DNA of 63,715 bases, counting the filler, from Octopus bimaculoides (lineage: Eukaryota), in assembly GCF_001194135.2 (NCBI RefSeq). It is 8 parts of 7 records of this genome, joined end to end, with 100 filler letters (N's around TTAATTAATTAA, not from the genome) between each part and the next. Parts side by side here need not be neighbours in the genome. Positions count along the whole stretch, not along the records: positions 8,005 to 23,291 come from NC_068987.1; positions 23,392 to 35,704 come from NC_068989.1; 6 more parts are not named here. One strand, written 5' to 3'. The translations under genes and the position numbers were made by a program. The notes below the pieces were generated by a model. That model saw only the letters and a program-made list of their open reading frames with translations. It had not been told where the DNA came from and did no database searches. Positions 11,516-24,320 of this stretch are shown here, one piece after another (position 1 is the stretch's first letter; each line of letters opens with the position of its first letter).

Positions 11516-13874
11516 AAAAGGAAATGACCACCAACAACAACTGCAGGTAATTGAAGTAATTACAGGTAATATGTATCATTAAAATTCAGTAAACTATTTG
11601 TCTTCGGTTGTACTGGCATAAATTATACAAATTACTTTGATGAAAATTTGTCTTAAAATAATATTGTGTTCTTTTACTAGGAAGCGAGGAAAGATAGCTT
11701 TGCCATTGTACTACTGATTAAATCGGTGAAGTTTTTCTGGAGCTTTTTCACAATGAATGAAGAATTTAAGACTTTGGTGTTTAGGACAGAAAAAGTGTAG
11801 AAGTGTACATGCACGATTTTGTTAGTTTCTAATAACTCTCATGTATTCTAAGATGTAGTTGTTGTTTTGAATATTAATAACAAACTTACTGTCATTTCTA
11901 ATGATACGTTTATACATATGATACCACTCCTCATTCTTTCTAAACTGCTCGCACTTACTACTCTACTCAATAACCCGGCCCTTATGTACGTCACACTAGA
12001 CATTTATTATTTCACGTAAAATTCTTTAGATAGGCTAAGTTAAATCCATTGAAGAAGTTCTAAACAGAGAATTTACGCAAAAAAAAAAAAAAAAAAAAAT
12101 TCCTGAAGTTTCACGAACAGAATCAGAACACGAAAGAGTTCCTGAATAGGAGATGATAAAATACTAAAAACTTAAAGCTGTCTTTCACTTTGCATTTATA
12201 TCATTATATTTCTGATGTAAACTTATGTATCATCGGTTCCTTTAGAGATATTGATAACTATAGAATCAAGTGGTTTCAGTCATTTGATTCTATAGTTTGC
12301 AATATTGTTTCGTCACTCGATATTCTAAATTCAAACCTTACTACATTGTGTTTTGTCCTTCTGGTATAGATTGCACAGTAATATTTTGCATACGCTCGAT
12401 TATATGTTTCCCCAAGACTTTGTAACCTATGATAACGTAAGGAAAAGAGATAGGGTATGTAAATCGTTCTACAAATGGTAGAACGATTTACAAGGCACTT
12501 TCCAATATTTTGTCACATGTTTTTAAGTTCTGATGTCTTATCTCACCATGCTTGACTTACCCTCTGAGATTAAACAAAATAAATAAAATACATTACTAGT
12601 AAAATACTGTAGACCATTTAATTTTCTATTCCCTACATCAATCCAAATGTATGATCTGATGTCTATATCACATATAATTTCTCTACAGTAATTATTTCTG
12701 GATGTAGATGGATGTAGAATGATAGAAACTGGTTTACCGATTTAATCTATATTTGTTCTACAATCTGAGTTTATGTTCAATTCGCTTGACGAACTAAATA
12801 CTAATCATATCCTAGGGATTTTTGATTGTATCGATTTCATGCGTCAGCACGGTTCTACTGAGGCCATTGGCTTTCTCCCTTGTTCTATGTTTAAAGCCCA
12901 CAGTTATGCATACGACAACTCTTTATTATTGTTGGTACTGCATTACTAAAGATTGGCTTTTTGGATTCTCTTTTGCTAGAAGTATATTTTAGTTTCTAGT
13001 GCGGTAATAAGAAGTTACAAAAGAAAATTGCTAGACTACACTAGGAATTGTTTCAAATAAAACGTATTAATCACTCTTTGACAACGTACAATACTGCATA
13101 TGCACCTCTGCAGTTAACCTTGGGAAATGCTCCATTGTTTTGCATTAATTTAGCCTCTTATTTAATAACATATGAATCAGTTGAGGCCAAAAGCTATAGC
13201 CACACCATTTCTAATTATCATTTGTTTCCCGCCATTGATATTCAGCGTAATCTTAAATGAGAAGCAGTACAAATATACAAATATGACTGGAAGTGATTGC
13301 TTTAATACCCGCAGAAGATCAACACTGTCTATCAACAACCGATTTTTAACAGGAGGTTAACAGCGAGAGTTAAGCATTAGCCGTTAGTATCGAATACTTT
13401 CACAATGACAGCTAAATAGAAATTAATGTAATTTCCATTGAGACCTTTATACAACATGATCGGATGTGTCAGAAGTTTCAATCTGAGCGGCTGAAAAGAA
13501 AAGTCTGAAGAGTAAAAGGTATAAAATTTTATATGAATTACGTAATAATTAATTTTCCCACAAGATTAGGCTTTCCTCAAAGCAGTAAATATTATGTCTG
13601 TCAAAATAAAGACTGGACATAAGAAATGTTGATTCAAGAAATTTAAATGTCTACCGTGATAATTTGACGATGATAATTTACAGTATAGAGTAGAAAGTTA
13701 TGTCATGTTTACTTCTAATACTGAGAAAAGTAAAGGAATAAATTCTGACAGGGAGATTTTATGAGAAGTGGATGCGATATAAAATTGGTTAGGTGAGTTT
13801 GTTCTAAAAGCTTTAAATTACTCAAACCCTAATAAGAAAGATATGAAATGGGAGCTGCTTGGTCTATCAAAACT

Positions 13875-14065
13875 GCTCGATGGTAGGATCGTTAAAGGGT
13901 CAGACAAATGCTTAGTAGTTTTTAGGTATCTACGTTTTTGTTCTGATTTCAAATCCCACCTGGGTCTAATTTGCGTTTCCTCTTTAAGGTGTCAATTACA
14001 TAAAATATCAGTCAAATACTGGTGTTCGTTTAATTCACTGAGAGTGGTGTATCCCTGGTTTCCTA
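13875..14065 (+). mobile_element. SINE family C, strongly diverged copy
   Basis: Reverse complement CCAGGTGGGATTTGAAATCAGAAC..CTAAGCATTTGTCTG..TAACGATCCTACCA aligns by eye with 39630-39710. Confidence 0.5.
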
Positions 14066-15189
14066 AGGCAAGAAACTACGGCTTTGAATTTTAAACGAAT
14101 ATTAGCAGTGCCTGCTGTTTAAGAGTGAATAAGGATGTCAATCTCAACGGTCACATTATTTGTGTGACGAACAGATACCCTATGTTTCATTAAACACTGA
14201 AACTTAATAATGGAAGAATAACATACAGATCCTATAATTAACGAGATAAGTGGTGTGTCTGCTCGACGATATAGTAGAGAACAAAGAAATCTTTGATATT
14301 CAAAACAGACAAAACTGTCATAGTGTTCTGCTAGACCCGACATCTCTTGCTTAGTATAGCTTGACTTCCTTATTAATTAAAAAATATATGGTCGATTAAC
14401 AGAATTATTAGACCGCACGTTGAAATATTTCGTAGTATTTTTCCAGTTAATTTACACGTTCATTTCAAGTCCCGCAGAGCTCAACTTTGCATTTTCTCAT
14501 TTCGGGAACAATGAAATAAAATATATTCAAAATCTCAGTCGTTGGATTGAAATTTAAAACGCTTATTAATTCAGAAATATTTTCGTACGTAATCACGTCT
14601 ATGGTATGTTCATGCCAAGAAATTGTTTGGGCGGTCGATACAGTCGATTAAATTCTTTCATTAGTTGTTGTGAATAATTCTAAATGAAAGGTTCTAATTT
14701 TCTAAATTTAGCAACATGACTTTAAAGTTCGTATCTCGTTCTGGCTGACATTATCTGCCATTCTTACTGGACTGATAAAATAGATAATTAGTAAAGTATT
14801 AGAGTCAATTAAGTTAACTAACTCCTACTTCTACCTAATGTATAGTCTGCTACTTATGCTCAAAATACTTACTCTAGAGAAGAGACGGTGATAAGACGAT
14901 AGAAACAATATATCAGCGTAAAAGTATGTATCTGAAAGTTCCACTGATCATTACAATCAGACTATGGAGGTAGCACTTTACAAAAGTATTTGTAACTGCT
15001 GTACTATACAATAATTGCAGCATTTCGTGGAATTTCGATGATATATATTGTTATAAGGTACAACATAATTTACATGAAAATAAAATATTCTCCTTTCTCT
15101 CAAGTAATAAAATTGCATGTGTAATATCAGAATATGAAAGCGTCAATATTTCTATATATTCAAATGTAACCATGCCTTTAAATAAATAT

Positions 15190-17990
15190 GTTAATGCCAC
15201 TGTATGATGTAGAAATTAGTTGATAGAATATTCATTAGTTTGAATCGGATTACTGCGTAGATAAGTTTTCAGGGATATCTTAAGGAAATTCTCAAAATAT
15301 TGATACTTTCATTTGGAGCTTGTTTTCTTATACCTAACTTCATCTCACTTGATACAACTTCTAACGGATCTAAATCTCTATATCTTACTGTACGGTATCT
15401 TTCTAACCATCGAGTAGACAAATGTAAGTATATTTTGCAGTTTGATTTCAATGAGTCAAATTTTTAAACTAAAGGGTTGTCCTTTTCATTGATGTGTTCT
15501 TTCAACAGAATGCTTTTCAGAGAGGAAAGAAAGTTGATCGCATTCTTTCCCCTATTGATTTTTCGGGAGTAAAGGGAAAAAATGTTCATAAAGTATTGAG
15601 TTTGTGGACGTAGACAAAGATTACACTTAATGTAACGTGTAAGGACATTCCCACGTAGCGATAGGTACATTTTTACATTCCAAAGAAAATGACACGGTTT
15701 TTCTAGCAATACTAATGTAACATTTACACTACTCATTTCCGGTACTTTCATATAGCACAGATAAGCTTGTTGAGTGGCCCTTATCATGCAAGTAACGCTT
15801 CACTTAGAAAGATGTTAAAGAGTTTCTTTAATCTGATTAGGCACCTCCGGTTAAACTGAAAATAAAAAATAATGTGGCGAAGTAAGATTTGAAGGTTGAC
15901 ATAGAAATGTCATGATAAGTCGAAGCAAACAGAAAGCTCGAATATTCACTGGTTACTGCAGTGCTTGAGCCGTTGCTGCTGTTAACTTGTTACTGTTGAT
16001 TTTGTTGTGGTTGCAGTGCCGCAAGCAGTGCGAGTTTATGGTGTTTTGGCTTTTGTTGGAGGAAGAAGGCTCTCAAATGGTTGGTGTTATCATATGCATG
16101 TCCCCCAAGTCATCTGTCCTCCACCATTTCGTGCAGTTGGATACCATTTGTGAGTTCTGTGTGATCGTTGATAAATAGCTCAGATTTATCCGAAATCATG
16201 GTCATGTCTCACAAAATTCTTATAAGGTAAACGTTTCTTAAAAAAGAGTTGAACTTGTTATTAATGTCTACACTTTGGTTTGTATCGCTTCGTCGATATG
16301 CATCTATAAAGAATTGTTTCCCTTTCCGTATGGTTTTGGTTTGCGATATATTGAGCGTAACTTTTCTATTCTGTAGACGTGTCAATTTGCTTTTTTCTAA
16401 ATGTTCATGCTCTTTGTTGAGCGAGACATAGTCGCAAATGTTGGTGATCTTGGCAAAAGAAATATTTCTTGATGTATTATAATTGTTGCTGATGCAGCTG
16501 TTGTCATCTTTAGGGCCTTTATCGTTGCTACCACTGGGGCATTTGCTATCATTGCTGTTGTTGATATTGTTATTAGTTTTGTCAATTTTGTTGTTATTTT
16601 TATTGCTACTTTATTTGCCATTGTACCAGCGCCGCAATGTTTTTTGAAAACACCTCCATTCCATAAGCATAATGCCACCTCTGGTTGCACTGCTGCTGCT
16701 GTTGTTGTTGCTTTTGCTACGTTTGTTATTGTGATTGTTGTTAATGTTACTGTCGTTTGTCATTGTAGCAGTCGTGCAAATATTTAGACTTTGAACTTTG
16801 AACTCTTGACTTTCGTTCTCCTTTATTTCCACGTACTGTGCGGCTCGATTTGCACGTCAGCTATCTCTCCTGTTAGTTTGTTAGCCATAAAAGTTGACGC
16901 CGTGTTTGTAGAAGAGTATGTGTTCAAAACAAAATTAAAATTTTTTTATAGTAAATACAATCTCCAATGGATGAGGAACAAAAAGAAACAAAAACTATCA
17001 TCTATGTGTTCTGGTTGACTTAAATGTTACATAATAACATTTCAACAATTAACAGTTTTTCAACAGACAAGCAATCTTAAGAACCACTCGAAGGGACGAT
17101 TTGTTGACACTACCACGACACTCACCAGTACCACAGTCACTATCACTTTTACCCGTATAATGGGGAATCATTACGAAAGCCTGGAACGTGCAAGTTATAG
17201 TAGCCATTCTTCTGGCTTCTTACTCACTGCTGCATATAGCAGCAACTATCCCAATTGTTTGCCTTTGTGTATGTGTAGCACTGAGGGCCACACATCTTCG
17301 AGGCATTTGTCAGTCTGCGCTGGTGCAGAAAATTTAAGTTGCCTCTCTTTGCAAGAAACACATTTATAAACAATTGTTCGTCTTTCGGAAGTGTTTTTCT
17401 CCTCCTCACGAAGGCACATAACACCTAGTTTTATAACGTCACTCTTGTCTTTCAGTGCCTTATTTTTATAGTCATCCCTTGAATAAATAATCCAACTGCT
17501 AACGGCTTTAGAAGAGGAAGTAGTTTTGTTGAGGTTCATCGCGACATTATTGCTGCTGCTTCTGCTGCTGCGATTGTTGTTGTTGGTGGTGGTTTCGTCA
17601 TCGTCGTTATTGTTGTTTGTGTTATTTTTTTTAATGTTTGGTCTTGTTCATCTTGTTGCTGATGTTGTTGTTGATATAGTTGCTGTTATTGCTGTTGTTC
17701 CTGCTGTTGGTTGTTGTTATTGTTGTTGTTGTTGTAGTGGTGGTGGTGGTGGTGGTGCTAGTGTCGTTCACATTGTTTCTGCTGTAGTCGTGGTGGTGGT
17801 GGTCGTCATTATCGTTGCGTCTGGTACTTTTGCACTTGTTACTGACGTCATAGCAACAAAAGGAAATCATATCTCTCTTTGGCGAGAAATGTATTTCGCC
17901 TTCAGCTGTGTTTCTGTTGGGAGTCGTAACAGAACGCTGCTCTTATTCGATTATAATTATTTTTTCGTAATCTGACATCTTTTAAGTTTG
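15190..17990 (-). pseudogene. Decayed, unidentified coding-like region (N/T/Q/S-rich low-complexity protein relic)
   Basis: One frame runs 16856->15837 (about 340 codons) with 4 internal stops. A second frame runs 15787->15269 (about 170 codons) with 1 internal stop. A 97-aa ORF lies at 17246-17539. No family recognised. Confidence 0.45.
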
Positions 17991-18200
17991 GAAAAATTAA
18001 TAAAATCCTGTCTTCACAAAAAAAAAAAAAAATGCAAAGCAATTATTACATCCCCAAAAAGGGGGAGCAATTACACAAAACGTTATCACCACAATCCAGA
18101 CAATGTAAACAAAATACTCNNNNNNNNNNACTTTGAATAAACGGGCTCCAACCAGCCGAAATGCTTGAATAATTTCAAATGACATCATAGGCAAACGGCC

Positions 18201-18258
<58 letters not shown>

Positions 18259-18259
18259 T

Positions 18260-18480
18260 AACATATTGAAGTTGGTATAGGCTTTATACAGCTAGAAAAC
18301 TATTACAAAATAACCACCGTAGGACTACAGAAATACCTACTTCAGAAGGAAGAAAAACAAATACAAACTGCCACAAAACACGAACAAAACAAAAACTGTT
18401 TTCAGTCTTTAAGGAAGCTGACAAATACAAAAAAAGAAGTCATAGTGCCTAACAACTATGAAGAAAAAGAAGAAACATCA
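18260..18480 (+). mobile_element. R4/Dong-clade LINE fragment (post-RT region)
   Basis: HIEVGIGFIQLENYYKITTVGLQKYLLQKEEKQIQTATKHEQNK/LFSVFKEADKYK resembles the post-RT segment (GGRG.IQLE..YK.TT.GL.KYL). Begins immediately after (TAA)n 18202-18259. Confidence 0.75.
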
Positions 18481-18487
18481 AAAGCTC

Positions 18488-18638
18488 TTTATCTTAATAT
18501 GAGATCACCATGTCGCGCACATATAGTTGTGATGCATGTGCCTGGTGTACCCATATCAGACGGGTAGTCCTGATCCCTATACTGGGCTTCGTACATTTTA
18601 CTCCCGTACCATTTTGATGGCATGCACTGCTCTCTCAG
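18488..18638 (+). mobile_element. TAA-flanked non-coding element, 3' part (copy 3)
   Basis: Matches 2085-2251 and 3064-3170. Joined directly to the preceding R4/Dong fragment. Confidence 0.8.
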
Positions 18639-18839
18639 TAACAACATCAACAACAACAACAACAATAGTAATGATAATAATAATTATTATTATTATAGAA
18701 ATCATACGATTAGTTCTAATAATAAAAGAGATTGAACACTTCGAATTCTGTGCATCAAAATACGGAGAACGGAATCTTCAACATAGGTCATCGATAGAAA
18801 ACCATAAACGGTTTCCGGAATAAATATATATAAATAACT

Positions 18840-18885
<46 letters not shown>

Positions 18886-18907
18886 TAATAATGATAATAA
18901 TCGCCGT

Positions 18908-19269
18908 GGCACTCCGTCGGTTACGGCGACGAGGGTTCCAGTTGATCCGATCAACGGAACAGCATGCTCGTGAAATTAACGTGCAAGTGGCTGAGCACTC
19001 GAGAGACACGTGTACCATTAACGTAGTTCTCTGGGAGATGCAGCGTGACACAATGTGACAAGGCTGACCCATTGAATTACAAGTACAACAGAAACAGGAA
19101 GTAAGAGTGAGAGAAAGTTGTGGTGAAAGAGTACGGCAGTGTTCGTCGGAGCCTCGTGGAGCTTTAGGTGTTTTCGCTCAATAAACACTCACAACGCCCG
19201 GTCTGGGAATCGAAACCGCGATCCTATGACCGCGAGTCCGCTGCCCTAACCACTGGCCATTGCGCCTCC

Positions 19270-19271
<2 letters not shown>
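18908..19271 (-). mobile_element. SINE family A, near full length
   Basis: Reverse complement of 25587-25979, with a tRNA-like A/B-box head at the right end. Confidence 0.92.
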
Positions 19272-19349
<78 letters not shown>

Positions 19350-19374
19350 TATTATTATAATAGTAATAGTAATT

Positions 19375-19570
19375 TCTAGACTGGGACAAAGTCAGAAATT
19401 TAGTCAGTCTTTGATTACATTGATTGCCGTTCTTGACAGATATTTTATTGCATTGTGATCAAATGGATTAAAACCCAAACTGTCCTCGGCGGTATTTGAA
19501 CTCGGAATATAATGAATAGGAACAAATATCACAACGAACATTTCCCGACCTTTGAATGATTCTGCCAATA
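19375..19570 (-). mobile_element. SINE family C, diverged copy
   Basis: CCTCGGCGGTATTTGAACTCGGAA..AACATTTCCCG..GATTCTGCCA matches 39505-39710. Confidence 0.65.
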
Positions 19571-19930
19571 ATGTTATTGAAGACGACAACGATATGATGA
19601 TATTGCTGATGACGACGACGACGACGACGACAACGACGATGATGACGTCTGCGGCGACGAAGATGACTTCGACGGCAACGATGATGATGATGATAATTTT
19701 TTAGGCATATGTCCATAAATTTCTTGATACACAACCATTTTCCGCTAAGAAAAATAACAATGTAGAGAATAACTTAGAATAGAATTAAATGGAATATTAA
19801 TAGCGGTGTTTGCTAAACCTACACTTTGCAAAACATGCTCAGTAACAACGAAAGCAATAGAAATAACTGGCTACAGCTGGAACATATATTGCAATTGTTT
19901 AGATTGCCTTGCTCACAATAAATTAGATAC

Positions 19931-20186
19931 CAAAATTAAAGTGACTTTCTGAAATCATACCAACCGATAAGGGCCGTTTTCCCGGTTTCATGGCGTATAT
20001 ATTCCCCACCTGGACAAGACGCCGGTCCGTTGCAAGATTACTCATTTTTGCGAGATAAGTGTACTGAAGCAACGTGAAATGAGGTGTTTTGCACAAGAAC
20101 AAAACGCGTCGCCTAGTCCAGGAATCGAAGCCACAACCTTACGATCTTGAGTCCACCACCCTAACCACTAAGTCACGCGCTTGTAC
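19931..20186 (-). mobile_element. tRNA-headed SINE with a Meta-domain-like core and 13-bp target-site duplication
   Basis: TSD ATAAATTAGATAC at 19918-19930 and 20187-20199. Head has A/B boxes. Core CTTGCAACGGACCGGCGTCTTGTCCAGG..ATGAAACCGGG resembles the MetaSINE domain (recalled, not aligned). Confidence 0.7.
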
Positions 20187-20639
20187 ATAAATTAGATACT
20201 GCTAATCTCCGTCTCACCACTACATCTTTACGCACTGATAGAGCACAATAAGAACGACTTTAATCAACATTCATCTCCAAAGTAAAAATAGCAAATAATA
20301 ATTATAGAAATCAAACGATTAATTCTAATATTAAACGAGATTGAGCACTTCGAATTTTGTGCGTAAAAAAAACATAGGTCATCAATAGAAAACCGTAAAC
20401 GGTTCCCGGGATAAATATTTACAAATATATTAAATAAAGGAAACAAATGCTAATAAAGTCCCGTAAATGAAATAACAGCATTATAGGACCTAAGAGGTAT
20501 ACTCTTACTAGCTACATACACAATTTATGGTAGAAATCTATCACTTATTCTATAACATATACGCATATTCCCTGTTGAGAAAATAGCTCTGATTTGGGAG
20601 TAGATTTCAATCCCAGAAGAACTCTCCTAATTCAAAAGA

Positions 20640-21960
20640 CATAAACTTGAAATGAAAAAAATGTGAGACATATAAGTAAAAAACTTAATAGAAAGAATAC
20701 AATAGAAATACAATCAACGAATGAAAGAACATAAAATAATAAAAATATAAACAATGCAAATGAAAACTTTAAAACTATAAATATTGTATTGAGACACTGA
20801 ACAGCGAAGAGAGATTTAGCAGAAAGGAAATTAAAGAAAAGAAATTGCAAAACACGACAAAGACAAACCCAGCTTACTTACAGAATATCGACCAACAAGA
20901 ATAGAAACAGAACTACACCAACGCGAACAACACTAGTGATTATGAGAAAGATCTAATAGTAAAAGATATAATGCTGGAAATTTTGAATATAACAATTATC
21001 TAACGGCGGAAATATTTAAAGTATTAAAATCGATATAAATTCTCCCTATAACCCAATGAGAGACTTGTTAAATATAAAAACTTAGGGATAAAAATAACAT
21101 TTAAAATATAAATGAAAATTTGACCATCATATACATACTGGAAGCAAAGGCAACATTAATATCACCAGGGTAAACTAATTATTCTATGTAGCAGCTGCAG
21201 CAGTCACACAAAAGTGGGTACCTCCACAAATCATTTCAAATAGAAACTTCTAAAGCCAAATAATAAGTAATAAGAGTAAGATAGAAAATAATATAAAAGA
21301 TCTCTGAATCCTTAATTAGATCGACAGCGAAAAGACACAAATGGAAAAAGAGTAAGAAAATACTTCGGAAAATACAATATAACATAAAAAAAAACTTGAA
21401 ATCAAAGAGTGTCTAAGACTAGAAACCCTTATTAAATCAAAAGCGATAACAGTTCTTTGATCAAAACAAAGAGTTGGCCGCCAACTTCAAACCATTTTAT
21501 CAAGAACAACTAGAACAAAAACAAATAAAGAAATCAAACAAGCCAAATAGAAACGAACATAGCGCCAACAAAAATTTAAGTAAGTTCTGAGTGAGGAGTG
21601 TTACACCGGATGGATCACCACGGGAGAGAATCTTAAAACGAAACAGAAGAGCAGAACAATTGTAAAAAGAAACAACCCACGTACATAATTCGAAAGAAGG
21701 ATAAGTGGAAATCACACAGAAATGATAAAGAGCTCAACTCTCACTTAAAAATTTTATATAGAAAAATGAAGTACATACTTGCGAAAATATTGAAATAGTT
21801 CCTCAAACAGTTCTCGGAAAGAAGACTTAATTGACTCACCAAACGGGTTATTGCTCATTTAGATAAAATGAATCATTTCCAGAAGAAACGCGTGGGAGAT
21901 TCGTATAGAAAAAAGAAATTACGGATCAACAAAACAGTAGGAAGAGGAAACGTGGTATGG
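20640..21960 (+). mobile_element. R4/Dong-clade LINE, heavily decayed N-terminal to pre-RT region
   Basis: Frame fragments NINITRVN*LFYVAAAAVTQK, KSKIENNIKDL, KPFYQEQLEQKQI and VEITQK**RAQL resemble the R4/Dong segments upstream of RT. Strongly A-rich strand. Confidence 0.55.
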
Positions 21961-22491
21961 ATTGATGACTTTTAATAGCATTGTTTAATGATGGATATCC
22001 TGAGCAAGGTTGCGAGACGGCACACAAAAAGCACCGTGGGTAGTGTATGACAAATACACACAGGTAACAGTTGAATAAGGTTAAAACATAGTCTGGTTTT
22101 CACATTTCTTATTATGGTATTTTTAAAATACATCTTTAATTTTTTTTTATAATGTTGAAATGTGTTAAACAATAAGAAGATATTTTGTAATGTAGGAGAA
22201 ATTATGATAAACGGGAGTATATATCATATATTCCCTACGCACGTTTCACCGTTACGGCAGTTTGGAATCTCTTTAGTGGATATTCTTAGTAGAATTGGAT
22301 GTTTCATATTCGGTATCTAGCAAAAACACAATAATGTCTTCCAGTGATGGTCCGTTGTGATAAGCAGCCAGGTTTACATGGAACTTAGAAACAGCCATAA
22401 AACGAACGTTGGAAGCAAATGATATGAAATTGTGTTTCATCATAATTTCTCTCTTTTTCTCACTTCCCGCACCCTCTCTCTTTTCCTCTGT

Positions 22492-22523
<32 letters not shown>

Positions 22524-22889
22524 GACACAAACACACCCACGCACAATCTGTATGTTGATGACTTGAATCAACACTAAACACTGTGGCAAACAACCTATGA
22601 GACCAGCAGATAAACTGGCGTAATATTTGGCTTATCGAATTATGCGAAGACACAATTGGAAAGTGGGAAATTATTTAAGGAGAAGAAAACCCACAAATGT
22701 TAATTTATTTGAAATAAGGGTAAAGGAGTTAAAACAAAACCAACCTTGCAAATAATTAGAGAATGTATTTCCCTTCTTGAAGGCAGACATGGCTTGTACT
22801 TACACACACTCACAAAAATCAACATGCGTATATATGGAATAGGTGACCAATTGTACTAGGTAAGAAAGATTGTTCAATAAATTATAAAG

Positions 22890-23273
22890 TAAGTTGTTGT
22901 TGGCACTCCGTCGCTTACGACATCGAGGGTTCCAGTTGATCCGATCAACGGAACAGCCCGCTCGTGAAATTAACGTGCAAGTGGCTGAGCACTCCACAGA
23001 CACGTATACCCTTAACGTAGTTCTCGGGGATATTCAGCGTGACACAGTGTGACAAGGCCGACCTTTTAGATTACAGGCACAACAGAAACAGGAAGCAAAA
23101 GTGAGAGAAAGTTGCGGTGAAACAGTACAGCAGGGTTTGCCACCATCCCCTGCCGGAGCCTTGTGGGGCTTTAGGTGTTTTCGCTCAATAAACACACACA
23201 ACGCCGGTCTGGCAATCGAAACCGCGATCCTAGGACTGCGAGTCCGCTGGCCATTGGGTCATTGCGCCTCCAC
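22890..23273 (-). mobile_element. SINE family A, full length, with 7-bp TSD
   Basis: Reverse complement of 25587-25979. TATAAAG at 22883-22889 and 23274-23280. Confidence 0.92.
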
Positions 23274-23600
23274 TATAAAGGAAGAGAAATANNNNNNNNN
23301 NNNNNNNNNNNNNNNNNNNNNNNNNNNNNNNNNNNTTAATTAATTAANNNNNNNNNNNNNNNNNNNNNNNNNNNNNNNNNNNNNNNNNNNNGATAGATGT
23401 GGCATTCGTAGCCGACGAAGAAAAAAGACGCAAAGACGCATACGTCATGTGATCCAATGACATAATTTATAGCTTATTATTTGTTTTGAGAAGTGTCTGG
23501 TAAGAGAATTTTCTACTGGGATTTTTTCTGTAACGGTAGATCTTCTCACATCCAAATGTTCTGTCTTTACATGAATCTGCCCGAACTTTCTGTTAGTCTA

Positions 23601-23697
<97 letters not shown>

Positions 23698-24000
23698 ACT
23701 AGTATATGTTTGTCTCTGTGTGCATATATATAACATATATGTATGTATATAGTGATCTGTCGACTTTTATATACTGTCTGGAAAGAGGTACGGTTACATT
23801 CATAAATTTCTCTCTTAAAAATGTTAAAATATGATTTTCGCTTACATTTCGAAATGAGGTGTCCATTTGCAATTGTTTTTACGTATATCATCTCTTATAA
23901 AAATTGTAACGTATCTCATTTTCTTCAGTGCTCCCATAATTTTCTAATTTAAGCACAGACTGCCACCAGCACTCTTTCACGTAACTAAGCTGAAAGACGG

Positions 24001-24320
24001 TTGGGTACTCCGTCGGTTACGACGATGTGTGTTCCAGTTGATTCCATCAATTGAATAACATGCTCGTGAAATTAACCTGCAAGTGGCTGAGTACTTCACA
24101 AACACGCGTAACCATGATGTGGCTTTCAGGGAGATTCAGCGTGACACCGAATGTGACAAGGATGGCCATTTTTGAAATACAAATATGACTCATCTTTGCC
24201 AACTGAGTTGACTGGAGCAACAAGAAGTGTCTTGCGGAGGACAAAACGCGCCGCCAGGAATCGAACTTGACATTACGATTGAGAGCCGAATGCACTCGTC
24301 ACTAAGCTGCGTGCCTTCAA
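24001..24320 (-). mobile_element. SINE family A2 (different head, family-A 3' half)
   Basis: 24001-24175 aligns with the family-A 3' half. 24190-24320 carries a different tRNA-like head similar to that of 19931-20186. Confidence 0.8.

Noticed and set aside
13048-13360. Helitron-like YNTAYA motif in the 70-aa ORF
   Set aside because: Only a loose match, with no Rep or helicase motifs nearby.
16210-16280. VDINNKFNSFLRNVY as a CR1/L2 inter-domain motif, or nearby CxxC motifs (15620, 17350) as Fanzor/TnpB or C2H2 zinc fingers
   Set aside because: No endonuclease, RT or RuvC motifs or correctly spaced His residues flank them. The similarity is too short to call.
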